From contig JAISNZ010000015.1 in assembly GCA_031275955.1 (NCBI GenBank), positions 1-41,800 of the forward strand: a DNA stretch of 41,800 bases, in the 5' to 3' direction. Both the position numbers and the translations under genes were made by a program. Below are positions 19,286 to 34,673 of this stretch, piece by piece (the first letter of the stretch is position 1; each line of letters starts with the position of its first letter). The stretch is from Desulfovibrio sp. GTDB lineage: Bacteria; Desulfobacterota; Desulfovibrionia; Desulfovibrionales; Desulfovibrionaceae. The notes below the pieces were generated by a model that was given only the letters and a program-made list of their open reading frames with translations, had not been told where the DNA came from and did no database searches.

Positions 19286-19321
19286 ATACCAATTTGCTTT
19301 CAATAGAAAGCTAATTGGTAT
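19286..19321. repeat. AT-rich 36-bp palindrome (hairpin or mini-element) downstream of usp
   Basis: ATACCAATTTGCTTTC-AATA-GAAAGCTAATTGGTAT, 15/16 arm match. Confidence 0.7.
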
Positions 19322-19360
19322 GGCGGAGGCGAAGCCGCTTGGGATGAGATTGCGGCCTTT

Positions 19361-19441
19361 GGCGGCCGGGGGTTCCGCCCCCCCGCCGGGGGAATGATTC
19401 CCCCGGCGGGGGGGAGTTTGCGGGGGCTTTGCCCCCGCAAA
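19361..19441. repeat. REP-like double hairpin between convergent usp and purC (possible bidirectional terminator)
   Basis: Perfect 18-bp arms CCCCCCCGCCGGGGGAAT-G-ATTCCCCCGGCGGGGGGG (19378-19414), then TTTGCGGGGGC-TTT-GCCCCCGCAAA. Confidence 0.75.
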
Positions 19442-19444
19442 GGG

Positions 19445-20344
19445 TCAGGGCAGGGACAATTCCCTGCCGGTGAGCAGGGCATAGGCTTCACGGTATTTCC
19501 GCCCGGTTTCCGCAATGACCTCTGGCGGCAGGGAGGGGGGAGGAGGGGTCTTGTCCCAGGGTTGCCGCTCCAGCCAGTCGCGCAGGAACTGCTTGTCGAA
19601 GCTGGGCTGGGGGCGGCCCGGGGCATAGCCCGCGCTGGGCCAGAAACGGGACGAGTCCGGGGTCAGCACCTCGTCAATGAGCAGGAGTTCCCCGTTCCAC
19701 AGCCCGAATTCAAACTTGGTGTCCGCGATGATCATGCCCTTGCGCAGGGCCTCTTCCCTGGCCCGCCGGAAAATTTCCAGAGACACGCGCTCCAGTTCCA
19801 GGAAGGTCTTCTCCCCCACCAGGCAGATGCCTTCCTCCGCCGTGATGTTCCTGTCGTGTTCGCCGATCTCCGCCTTGGTGGACGGGGTGAACAGAGGCGG
19901 ATCCAGACGCTGGGATTCCAGAAGCCCCGCTGGAAGCGCGAGGCCGCACACCCGGCCCGCGGCCTGATACTCTTTCCAGGCCGATCCCGAAAGATAGCCG
20001 CGGACAATGCACTCCACCGGCAGGGGTTTGGCCTTCCTGACGATGACGCTTCGCCCTTCCAGCAGGGACCGGTAGGCGCACAGACCCGGGGGAAAGGCGT
20101 CCGCCTCGTGTTCCAGAAGATGGTTCCCGATCAGCCCGGCAAAACGCTCCAGCCAATAGAGGGTAATCTGGTTGAGGATCACCCCTTTATAGGGAACAGG
20201 CTCCCGCATGATGACGTCAAAGGCCGACATGCGGTCCGTGGTGACCAGAAGCAGGGTATCCGGGGACAGGGCATAGATATCCCGCACCTTGCCCCTTGAG
20301 ACAAGGGGATATTCGGCAATGGCGGTTTGGGTGACAATCTGCAT
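19445..20344 (-). CDS. purC: SAICAR synthetase
   Basis: Start MQIVTQT at 20344; RGKVRDIY, TDRMSAFD, PVECIVRGYLSGS, IADTKFEFG, DEVLTPDSSRFW, FDKQFLRDWL. Confidence 0.96.
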   Translation of the reverse strand: MQIVTQTAIAEYPLVSRGKVRDIYALSPDTLLLVTTDRMSAFDVIMREPVPYKGVILNQITLYWLERFAGLIGNHLLEHEADAFPPGLCAYRSLLEGRSVIVRKAKPLPVECIVRGYLSGSAWKEYQAAGRVCGLALPAGLLESQRLDPPLFTPSTKAEIGEHDRNITAEEGICLVGEKTFLELERVSLEIFRRAREEALRKGMIIADTKFEFGLWNGELLLIDEVLTPDSSRFWPSAGYAPGRPQPSFDKQFLRDWLERQPWDKTPPPPSLPPEVIAETGRKYREAYALLTGRELSLP

Positions 20345-20669
20345 GGCGTGTTCCTGTGGAAAGTTTTGGGCGCGTCCGCGCTGCGGCAGGGAGCCGTCCG
20401 CCGAAAAAGGGTACCATGATCGGCCCGGACTTGGCAAAGAACATTTTCCGGTCAACTGCCCGGATAAACACGATAAACAAATCAGGGCCAGAGGGTTTGC
20501 TCCCGGCCGGAATCCTGTCCGGCGGCGTGACAAGCCGCGCCGTATGCAGTACAAAATGTTTCCGGGCCTTTCAGGCGGGAAGGGCGCGGCAGCCCTCTGC
20601 GCGCAAGCGTTGTCCGGAAATGGAGGAAAGGCCGCCGCGACCGGTCCCAAAACGGGGAAGCGCATCGCC

Positions 20670-23648
20670 GTGAACAAGTACGAGCAACTGCTCAACGCCA
20701 TTCTTGACGCCTCGCTGGACGGCCTGATCGCCTTGTCGGAATCGGCGGAAAAACCCTATGCCACCTCCGCCTATTCCCTGTTGTTTCCGGGCTGGGAAAA
20801 ATTGCGCTACAACGAACCCCTTGACCTCGTCCGGGAGCATTACGCGAAATACGTCGTCGACCTTGACGACCTCATTGGCCTCATTGCCGAAGTCCGCCGG
20901 ACGCGGGAACTCCGCGAGGGGAAAATACGCCTGCTTGACGGGCGCGTCCTGCAGGTGATCGGCAAGGTCATCAAGACCGCTGGCGGCGGCGAAACAGAGG
21001 TCTGGACCCACCGGGACATCACTGAGCAATGCCGGCAGGACGAGCAGCTGCAGTTGCGTCTCCGGATCATCACGGCGATTCTCGACGCCTCCAACGATGC
21101 CGTTTTCACGATTGTTGAAGGACTGAAAGAGCCTTTGAGCAACGCCAGGTATTCTTCCATCTTTCCGGACTGGAAAGAATTTCTGCGCTTCGGTCAGCCT
21201 CTCAAGGAAGTGGCGGACTACTTTTCCCGGTATCTTGTGGACTGGGAGAAACACATCGATGTGGTGGCCAAAGTCCGGCGGACCAGAGGACATCATCAGA
21301 CGGTCTTTCACCACAGGGACGGCCGGGTTATCCAAATGTCCGGCAAGATGGTCGATGCCCCGTTCATCCGCAACGGGGATCTGGAAATTTACACCCTCAG
21401 GGACATCACCGAAGACATCCGCCGCGGACAAAAAATCCAGGCCATGCAACTGACGGTGGATAATCTGTCCGCGCCGGTTATCTGGTCCGACCTCAGGGGG
21501 AAAATCACCTACGTCAATCAAGCGGCCTGCGCGGCCCTCGGTTATGACCGGCCTGCGGAGGTTACCGGAAAGACCCTCTGGCGCTTTTACACGGCGCAGC
21601 AATCCGGCGACGGCTCTTTCAGGACCTGGAGCGAGACGCTTACAGCATTGCGCAGGGAGTCGCACCTCAAATTCGATTCTTTGACCCTTGCCAGGAAAGA
21701 CGGCACAGAGTTGCCTTGTACGGTTCTGATTGACTATCTCTCTCAGGGCGAGGAGCCTTTTCTGGCCGTGTGCTTTCATGATTTGTCCGAACAGGTCCAG
21801 CGCGTGAAGGCGGAACAGGCCACAGCGGCGAAATCGGAATTTCTTGCCCACATGAGTCACGAAATCCGCACGCCCCTCAACGGCATCATCGGAATCAGCC
21901 GCCTTCTGCTCGGCACATATCTGGACGACAAACAGCGGGAATACGCCGAGCTGCTGCACACCTCCGGCAGCCATTTATTGTCGATTGTCAATGATATTCT
22001 TGATTTCTCTAAAATCGAATCCGGCCGTCTGGACATCGTTTCTTCCCCCTATGAAACGGCCTCCCTCCTGCACGATACGCTGACCATCATCCGCGCGAGG
22101 CTGGCGGAAACGCCCCTTGAGCTGATCCTGGACATCTCGCCCGCGCTTCCCGGCGCCATGATCGGCGATGCGGGACGCATCAGGCAAATCCTGCTCAACC
22201 TGCTCAGCAATGCCGTAAAGTACACGAAAAAGGGATTTGTCAAATTATCCGTCTCCATGGAGGCCTTGTCCGCCGATCAGGCGCGGCTGACCCTCATTGT
22301 GGAGGACAGCGGAAGCGGGATCAAAGAAGAAAACATGCCGAAGCTGTTCGAAAAATTTTCGCGTCTCGACGAGAAGCTCCACCTTGATATCGAAGGCACC
22401 GGCCTTGGGCTGATCATCAGCCGCAATCTGTGCCGGGCCATGGGCGGCGAGATCACGGCCCGAAGCGAGTACGGCAGGGGTTCCGTTTTTGTCGCCACCC
22501 TGACGCAAACCGTAGCCGACTGGAAGCCGATCGGCGACCTGGCCGCCGTCTCCGTGTCGGGCGGAGCGGAGCGGAGCGCCACCTTCACCGCGCCGGAAGC
22601 CGAGGTCCTGGTCGCGGACGATTTTCGCAGCAATCTGGTGGTGGCCGAAAACCTGCTCGCTCCCTACGGGATGCGCGTGACCACCTGCATGAACGGCCGC
22701 GAGGCACTGAAACTGGCGCGGGAACGCTCCTTTGACCTCATCCTGATGGATCACATGATGCCGGAAATGGACGGCCTGGAGGCGACCCGGGCCATCAGGG
22801 CCTGCCGCCGGGAGATGCCTGTCATCGCCGTGACGGCCAATGCCGTGAGCGGCATGAGCGAGATGTTTCTGGAGAACGGCTTTAACGACTTTCTTGCCAA
22901 GCCCATAGAGACGGCCAAGCTGGACGCCGTCCTGAAAAAATGGATTCCCCCGGAAAAACAGCTGGCGGCGGACAGGGTTGCGCCCAATGGCGGAACCGCG
23001 GCCTCGAATTTTCTCCAGGGCATGGTCAAAGGTCTTGACGTCGAAAAGGGGGTTCGAAACGCCGGCGGCCGCGAATCGGTGTATGCCGACGTCCTTTCCA
23101 TTTTCTGTCAGGATTGCGAGTACCAGATCCGGCAGTTGCGGACGGCTCAGGACGGCGGCGTTTCCCCCGCCTATGTCGCTGCCGCTCATACCCTGAAAGG
23201 TTCCCTGAGGACAATCGGCGCGGAACAGCTCGCCTTTTCCGCCATGCTGCTGGAACATGCCGCCGCAAAGGGAGAGGTCGGTTTTTTGCAGGAGAAAACG
23301 CCCTTGTTTCTGGAGGAATTGCGGGCCTTGATCCGCTCCTTCGAGCATGTCCTGCCGGGCCTGCAGGTTGGGGACGGCGGCCTGAACGGCGGGGATTTCC
23401 CGACGATCGACGCCTTGCCCCCGAAACTTGATCTTTTGCGGCAAGCCCTGAACCCCCTGGATATCCGGACCGTAAACGATGTGCTGGCGGAATATCAGGA
23501 CATGAAGCTCACCCCGGGGCAGCGGAAACTGGTCAGGGACATAGATATGCTGGTCATGGCCTCCGAATTTGAAAAGGCGGTTGAAAAGATCGATGAATTT
23601 TTGCCGCCGCGGGGTCCGCAGCCGCCCTCCGCGCCGGGAAAGAGGTAA
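20670..23648 (+). CDS. Cytoplasmic hybrid histidine kinase: three PAS-like domains, HisKA, HATPase, REC, HPt
   Basis: Probable GTG start at 20670; MSHEIRTPLNGI, NLLSNAVKYT, DSGSGI, GTGLGL, LILMDHMMPEMDG, AAHTLKGS. Confidence 0.92.
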   Translation: MNKYEQLLNAILDASLDGLIALSESAEKPYATSAYSLLFPGWEKLRYNEPLDLVREHYAKYVVDLDDLIGLIAEVRRTRELREGKIRLLDGRVLQVIGKVIKTAGGGETEVWTHRDITEQCRQDEQLQLRLRIITAILDASNDAVFTIVEGLKEPLSNARYSSIFPDWKEFLRFGQPLKEVADYFSRYLVDWEKHIDVVAKVRRTRGHHQTVFHHRDGRVIQMSGKMVDAPFIRNGDLEIYTLRDITEDIRRGQKIQAMQLTVDNLSAPVIWSDLRGKITYVNQAACAALGYDRPAEVTGKTLWRFYTAQQSGDGSFRTWSETLTALRRESHLKFDSLTLARKDGTELPCTVLIDYLSQGEEPFLAVCFHDLSEQVQRVKAEQATAAKSEFLAHMSHEIRTPLNGIIGISRLLLGTYLDDKQREYAELLHTSGSHLLSIVNDILDFSKIESGRLDIVSSPYETASLLHDTLTIIRARLAETPLELILDISPALPGAMIGDAGRIRQILLNLLSNAVKYTKKGFVKLSVSMEALSADQARLTLIVEDSGSGIKEENMPKLFEKFSRLDEKLHLDIEGTGLGLIISRNLCRAMGGEITARSEYGRGSVFVATLTQTVADWKPIGDLAAVSVSGGAERSATFTAPEAEVLVADDFRSNLVVAENLLAPYGMRVTTCMNGREALKLARERSFDLILMDHMMPEMDGLEATRAIRACRREMPVIAVTANAVSGMSEMFLENGFNDFLAKPIETAKLDAVLKKWIPPEKQLAADRVAPNGGTAASNFLQGMVKGLDVEKGVRNAGGRESVYADVLSIFCQDCEYQIRQLRTAQDGGVSPAYVAAAHTLKGSLRTIGAEQLAFSAMLLEHAAAKGEVGFLQEKTPLFLEELRALIRSFEHVLPGLQVGDGGLNGGDFPTIDALPPKLDLLRQALNPLDIRTVNDVLAEYQDMKLTPGQRKLVRDIDMLVMASEFEKAVEKIDEFLPPRGPQPPSAPGKR

Positions 23649-23665
23649 CAGGTTTCAATCCAGGC

Positions 23666-25081
23666 TCATCCTGGCCGGGCGTCCGGCGTGGGGATTTCCA
23701 CCATCCGGATGCGGCTCCAGCCCCGCCGGGAGAAGCGCAGGACGGCTCCTCCGGCCAGAAGGGCCACATAAAGGGTGAAAACTCCCCATAGGCTGTAGAT
23801 CGTGTCCAGATTCAGAAATTTCAGGGCGGTTATGGGCAGGAAAAGCAGGAGGAACGCCCCCGCTCCCAGGAGCAGGAAGACGCCCAGGGTGTCTCCCGCG
23901 CCCTTGAGCGCTCCGAAATAGATGATATTGGCCGAGTCCACGAGGGAATAGAGGGCAATGCAGTACAGAAAAACCTCCCCGCACTCGAGGACAGGGGCGA
24001 AGGCCGCGGCATCCATGCCTTCAGGGCGGAAAAGGTTCAGGATCTCCGGGGCGAAAAGGGCCACGGCCGCGCTCAGGGGCAGCATGTAGGCGGCGGCCAG
24101 ATGCAGGGCGTTGCCCACCACCCGTTCCGCCCCGGCGGTGTCGCGCCGTCCCATGGCCTGTCCTACCAGCGTGGCCACGGCCATGTTCAGGCCCATGGCC
24201 GGCATGAAAATCAAGGAATTGACGGAGAAGGCGATATTGCTGGCCGCCAGGGGGATGGCGCCGAAGGCTCCGATCTCCATGGCGAACCAGGTGACGCCGA
24301 TGAGTTCCAGGCAGAAATTGCAGCCGCTGGGCACCCCGAAGCGCAGCAGCCGGCGGAACATATCCCCTTCAAAGCGCCAGCCGCGCAGGACCTGAAAGAG
24401 GGCGTCATTGGCCCGCGTGAAAACGAGCGGAACGAGGATGCAGCATTCCACCGCCCAGCCCGCCACCGTGGCCAGGGCCGCTCCTGTCACGCCCATGGCG
24501 GGCAGGCCGAATCCTCCGAAGATGAAAAGGTAGTCCAGAGGGATATTGACCAGAGCGGCGGCCATGTTGGCGATCATCACCGGGCGGGTCTGCCCGCGCC
24601 CGGAGAAAAAACCTCCCAGAGCGGCTCCCAGCAGAGAAAAGGCCGAGCCCGGAACCGTCACGCGGAAATAGGCCGTCTCCAGCTCCTGAATATGGGCCTC
24701 ATGCCCCATGAAGGCAAAAAGCGGCCGGGCAAGCCACCAGGAGGCGAGGAGCAGCAATCCCCCCAGCAGGGAACACCAGATCCCCTGCCACACAGCCGGG
24801 CCGATGCGCCGCGGGGCCCCGGCCCCCATGTACTGGGCGGTCAGCACGGCGGTGTATCCGGTCAGACCGCTGAGGGTGAACAGGATGGTCAGGCTCGCCA
24901 GCGAGGCGGGCATGGCCGCGGCAACGGCATCCACGGAATGGTGGGATAAAAAATATCGATCCGTGAACTGCATCACGGTGGAAGAGGCCAGGCCCGCCGC
25001 CAAGGGGAGGCCCACCGTCAGAATCGCGCCATAGCCCTGAGGCCCCGCCCAGCGGCGTCGGAGGGCGGAGACAAGTCCCAT
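23666..25081 (-). CDS. MATE family efflux transporter
   Basis: Start MGLVSAL at 25081; MQFTDRYFL, NIPLDYLFIFG, MGVTGAALAT, LVGQAMG, GALKGAGDT. Confidence 0.92.
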   Translation of the reverse strand: MGLVSALRRRWAGPQGYGAILTVGLPLAAGLASSTVMQFTDRYFLSHHSVDAVAAAMPASLASLTILFTLSGLTGYTAVLTAQYMGAGAPRRIGPAVWQGIWCSLLGGLLLLASWWLARPLFAFMGHEAHIQELETAYFRVTVPGSAFSLLGAALGGFFSGRGQTRPVMIANMAAALVNIPLDYLFIFGGFGLPAMGVTGAALATVAGWAVECCILVPLVFTRANDALFQVLRGWRFEGDMFRRLLRFGVPSGCNFCLELIGVTWFAMEIGAFGAIPLAASNIAFSVNSLIFMPAMGLNMAVATLVGQAMGRRDTAGAERVVGNALHLAAAYMLPLSAAVALFAPEILNLFRPEGMDAAAFAPVLECGEVFLYCIALYSLVDSANIIYFGALKGAGDTLGVFLLLGAGAFLLLFLPITALKFLNLDTIYSLWGVFTLYVALLAGGAVLRFSRRGWSRIRMVEIPTPDARPG

Positions 25082-25239
25082 GAAATTTCTCCTCTCCTTC
25101 TTTTTTACGGAAAAGCGGGGGGAAAGGCAACGCGGCGCTTCCCGCGCAAGGCTGACGCCGGATCTTTCAGCCATTGAGACTTTTCGGAGGCTGTGCTACC
25201 TTCCCGCCGTCCTTCTCACGCCAAGCCCTGAAAATCGCC

Positions 25240-30774
<5,535 letters not shown>

Positions 30775-30854
30775 AAGGCGAACGTTCATCCGGCTTCGTA
30801 CCAGCCCGGCCGGCGTCAGTCAGCCGGCGGCTGGAGCCGGCTGTGGATTGCGAC

Positions 30855-31415
30855 ATGAAGACAGAACAGGAGACCGCCGGCAGCGGAAGGTGGCCGCGGC
30901 ACCGTCCCCGCTCGGCAAACACGGCGGCCGCGCAGCAGCAAAACGGGCCCCGTTTTCTGCTCCGGCTGCTCTGGTGGGCGGGATACATCATCGCCGCCCT
31001 CTTCCTGCAGCAGCAGTTTCCCGGCCTGGACGCCCTGACGTCGGGCTTTCTCCTTGCCTTGCAGGAGCGCAAGACCGTCCAGACCCTCTGGCTTTTTCTC
31101 CTCTTTGTTCTTGTCCAGGAGGGGGCGGGAAATCTTCATTTCGGCATGGCCATGCTCTGGTATGGCGGGCAGGTCCTGATCTTCCGCCTGAGTTCGCGGC
31201 TGTTTGTGGCGGACAACATTCTGTTTGTGATCATTCTTTCGGCCAGCCTGGGAGGATATTACGGTCTCCTGCTCTGGTTCATGTGCGTTCTGCAGGATGT
31301 GCCTCTGGACTACGCCCTGCTGCTGCGCGCAAGCCTTTTTCAGGCCTTGGCCATACCCTTAATCTGGAGCCTTATCCGGGCCTTCAGTCTGAGATCGGCG
31401 GGCCATGCACACTGA
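30855..31415 (+). CDS. mreD: MreD-like membrane protein; start uncertain
   Basis: About 5 hydrophobic helices, located between mreC and mrdA. Confidence 0.65.
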   Translation: MKTEQETAGSGRWPRHRPRSANTAAAQQQNGPRFLLRLLWWAGYIIAALFLQQQFPGLDALTSGFLLALQERKTVQTLWLFLLFVLVQEGAGNLHFGMAMLWYGGQVLIFRLSSRLFVADNILFVIILSASLGGYYGLLLWFMCVLQDVPLDYALLLRASLFQALAIPLIWSLIRAFSLRSAGHAH

Positions 31416-33222
31416 GGTCTTCACAGACGGATACCAGCCACCGCGCATGGGGCAATTCCTGCTGTACGCGCTGGTCGTCTTTCTCTTTCTCCTTTTTGTC
31501 CTCCGCTTCTGGTACCTGCAGGTCCTGCACGGGGAATACTATTCCCGCGTGGCCCATGACACCCGGACCAGATCGGAGAGGGTCTACGCCAACAGGGGCA
31601 TTATTCTGGACGCCCGGGGCCGCCTCCTGGCTGAAAACAGGCCCGCCTATTACCTGACCCTGATTAGCGAGGACTGCCCGGATATTCCGGCCACCTTGGC
31701 CCAGGTGAGCCAATGGCTGGATATTCCTCCGGATCAGATCCGGATCAAGTACCGGCAGGGCCGCAAGGAGGGGAAATTTTTTGAACCCCTCGTCCTTGCC
31801 GCGGATGTGCCCTTTGAACGCATCCTGCAGATTGAGCCGCAGCTTTTCCTCTGGCCGGGCCTGACTGTGGAAACGCGCCAGCGCCGTTATTACCCGCAGG
31901 GCGAACTCTTTGCCCATATCCTGGGCTATGTGGCGGAAGCCAACGGCGAAGAGTTGAAGGCGGACGAGGAACTCCGGCTTGGGGACATCGTGGGCAAGCA
32001 GGGGATTGAATATATGCAGGAAAAGCGCCTGCGCGGGATCAAGGGGGCCAACATCCTGGAAGTGGACGCCCTGGGACGCCCGCTGACCAAGTACCAGAAA
32101 GCGCTCCCGAAAGCGGGGGTCAACCTCACCCTTGCCCTGGACATTGACCTGCAAAGAGCCGCCTCCCAGGCCCTGGGCGAAGAATCCGGGGCCGTGGTGA
32201 TCATGGAGCCGGATACGGGCAAGCTGCGGGCTCTGGTTTCCCACCCCTCTTACGACAACAATATTTTTACCGCCAGGCTCTCCGCCAGGGACTGGGCGTC
32301 CCTGGCGGAGCACCCCCGGCACCCTTTGCAGAACAGGGCCGTGCAGAGCGTTTACCCGCCCGGGTCCGTCTGGAAGCTGATGATGGCCGGGCTGCTGCTT
32401 GAGCAGGGTCTTGATCCCAGGGCCACGGTCAGCTGCGCGGGATATGTCTCACTGGGATCCCGCCTGTTCCGCTGCCACAGGCAGGGGGGGCACGGCCAGG
32501 TGAACATGATGAATTCCCTTATCCTGTCCTGCGATGTCTATTATTACGAAATGGCCCAGAAAGTGGGCATCGACGCCATTGAGCGCTTTGCCAAAGCCTG
32601 CGGCTTCGGCAAAAGGACCGCCATCGATCTCCCCCATGAGCATTCCGGCCTGGTACCCGGCAGGGAGTGGAAGCTGGCCCGTTTCCATGAAGCCTGGCAG
32701 CGGGGGGAAACCCTGAATATCGCCATCGGGCAGGGGTTCACCCTGGTCACGCCGGTGCAGATGGCCGTTTTTGTCAGCGCCCTGCTGAATGAGGGCAAAC
32801 TTCTCAAGCCGGTTCTTCTGGAGGGGGAAGAACCAGAAGTCACCGGGACCCTTCCCCTGTCCGCCCCGCACCGGGCCTTCATTCTGGAGGCCATGCGCGC
32901 GACCGCCTCAAGCGGCACGGCGCGGCGCATCTCTCGCCCGGATGCCGTCATGGGCGGCAAAACCGGCACGGCCCAGACCGTGCGCATCGGGGAGCGCCGC
33001 CTGAAAAAAAACGAAATGGAATTCCTGCATCGGGACCATGCCTGGCTGGTTTCCTGGGGGATGAAAGACGGGAAAACCTATGTGGTCGTTGTCATGGCCG
33101 AACACGGCGGCAGCGGCAGCGGCACGGCGGGGCCCATCACCGCCAGGATCTACGAGTCCCTGTTCGGGCCGCTGACCCCGCCGGGCCGCCAGCAGGTCTC
33201 CCGTGAAGGGGGGCAGCCATGA
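31405..33222 (+). CDS. mrdA: Penicillin-binding protein 2
   Basis: RFWYLQV, RGIILD, YPPGSVWK (SxxK), SCD, GKTGTAQ. Confidence 0.96.
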   Translation: MHTEVFTDGYQPPRMGQFLLYALVVFLFLLFVLRFWYLQVLHGEYYSRVAHDTRTRSERVYANRGIILDARGRLLAENRPAYYLTLISEDCPDIPATLAQVSQWLDIPPDQIRIKYRQGRKEGKFFEPLVLAADVPFERILQIEPQLFLWPGLTVETRQRRYYPQGELFAHILGYVAEANGEELKADEELRLGDIVGKQGIEYMQEKRLRGIKGANILEVDALGRPLTKYQKALPKAGVNLTLALDIDLQRAASQALGEESGAVVIMEPDTGKLRALVSHPSYDNNIFTARLSARDWASLAEHPRHPLQNRAVQSVYPPGSVWKLMMAGLLLEQGLDPRATVSCAGYVSLGSRLFRCHRQGGHGQVNMMNSLILSCDVYYYEMAQKVGIDAIERFAKACGFGKRTAIDLPHEHSGLVPGREWKLARFHEAWQRGETLNIAIGQGFTLVTPVQMAVFVSALLNEGKLLKPVLLEGEEPEVTGTLPLSAPHRAFILEAMRATASSGTARRISRPDAVMGGKTGTAQTVRIGERRLKKNEMEFLHRDHAWLVSWGMKDGKTYVVVVMAEHGGSGSGTAGPITARIYESLFGPLTPPGRQQVSREGGQP

Positions 33223-34340
33223 TCAGCGGCGTGGACAGACGCCTTCTGGTCCACGCCAACTGGCCTCTGCTGGGTTTTGCCGCCCTGCTTTTTCTGGCGG
33301 GCATCGTCAATCTGTATTCCGCCAGCGGAGAACGACTGGAAAACGGGATCCGGGTGGCGCCCTTTTTTTACCGCCAGATTCTCTGGGGCGGCATCGGGCT
33401 GTGCGCCCTGATTCTCTGCACGCTCTTTGATTATCGCCACTTAAAGCCCCTGGCCTTTCCCTTTTTTGCCGTCACCCTCCTGCTCCTTGTCCTGGTGCCG
33501 CTGATAGGCGTCCGGGTGTCCGGCGCGCAAAGATGGATTTCCCTGGGGTTTTTCAATCTTCAGCCCAGCGAGCTGGCCAAGATCAGCACCCTCCTGATGA
33601 CGACGACCCTGCTTTCCCGCTACCAGAGTCCCCTGGACTGGCCCCGTTTTTCCCTCACCCTTCTGATCGCTTTCCTGCCCTGCGCCCTGATTTTCATCCA
33701 GCCGGATCTGGGCACCGCCCTTCTCCTGCTCATGCTGACCGGAGGCATCATCCTCTACCACGGAATCAGGCTCTCCATCCTCAAGGTCTGCCTTGTTGTC
33801 CTGCCCGTGCTGCCGCCTCTCGGCTGGTTTTTTCTGCTCAAGGAATACCAGAAAAAGCGAATCCTGACTTTTCTGGACCCCTCCCAGGACCCCACAAACG
33901 CGGGCTACCACATCACCAACTCCAAAATCGCCATCGGCTCGGGGGAGATCTGGGGCAAGGGATTCCAGGAAGGCGCCCACCACCTCCTGCGCTTTCTGCC
34001 GGAAAAGCATACGGATTTTGCCCTGGCTGTGTTCAGCGAGGAATGGGGATTGATCGGCAGCCTCCTTTTGCTCACCTTTTTCTGCTGTTTTCTCCTCTGC
34101 ATCGCCAACACCGCGCGAGAGGCGAAAGATCGTTTCGGCAGCCTGCTCTGCGCCGGGATCTTCTTTTATTTTTTCTGGCAAATTCTCATCAACATCGGCA
34201 TGGTGGTGGGCCTTATCCCGGTGGTGGGCGTGCCCCTTCCCTTTATCAGCTACGGCGGCACCGCGACCATTGTGAATTGTATCCTGCTGGGATTTGTCCT
34301 GAATATCTCCATGCGGCGCTTCATGTTCAAGGCCAGGTAG
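33219..34340 (+). CDS. rodA: SEDS peptidoglycan glycosyltransferase RodA
   Basis: GAQRWI, QPSELAK, QPDLGT, FLPEKHTDF, PLPFISYGG. Confidence 0.96.
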   Translation: MISGVDRRLLVHANWPLLGFAALLFLAGIVNLYSASGERLENGIRVAPFFYRQILWGGIGLCALILCTLFDYRHLKPLAFPFFAVTLLLLVLVPLIGVRVSGAQRWISLGFFNLQPSELAKISTLLMTTTLLSRYQSPLDWPRFSLTLLIAFLPCALIFIQPDLGTALLLLMLTGGIILYHGIRLSILKVCLVVLPVLPPLGWFFLLKEYQKKRILTFLDPSQDPTNAGYHITNSKIAIGSGEIWGKGFQEGAHHLLRFLPEKHTDFALAVFSEEWGLIGSLLLLTFFCCFLLCIANTAREAKDRFGSLLCAGIFFYFFWQILINIGMVVGLIPVVGVPLPFISYGGTATIVNCILLGFVLNISMRRFMFKAR

Positions 34341-34439
34341 CGCCTTTTCAGCGAATTTCGCCGTCAGGACAAGGAATTTCTTCTCTGCCAAGGATATCCC
34401 GGTTCGCGCCAAGGAAGTGTACACTGAGGGCAAGGGCAT

Positions 34440-34612
34440 TCCGGCGGTTTTGCGCAACGCGGACAGAGGACAAAAGATATTTCGTGACGGCACAATCCAA
34501 AGAGGTCTGGCCTTTTTCGCGGACAAGTGGCAAGGTTCTTTCGGAACACGGCGGCGCCTTCTTCCGGGCGTAAGGACGGCCGGAACGGGATGCGTTGCGC
34601 AAAACCGCCGGA
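34440..34612. repeat. Perfect 21-bp inverted repeats bracketing a 131-bp segment
   Basis: TCCGGCGGTTTTGCGCAACGC (34440-34460) and GCGTTGCGCAAAACCGCCGGA (34592-34612). Confidence 0.9.
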
Positions 34613-34673
34613 TTGCGCACAAGCAGAGCAAGGCCGGCGCGGGATGCCCGGCCGGCGACAGAGGAGTCTGATC

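Noticed and set aside
20463-20479. GATAAACA direct repeat between purC and the kinase
   Set aside because: Short, two copies, no supporting context
34440-34612. 6S RNA interpretation of the 173-nt IR-bounded segment
   Set aside because: The interior cannot form the long rod with a central bubble; only the ends pair
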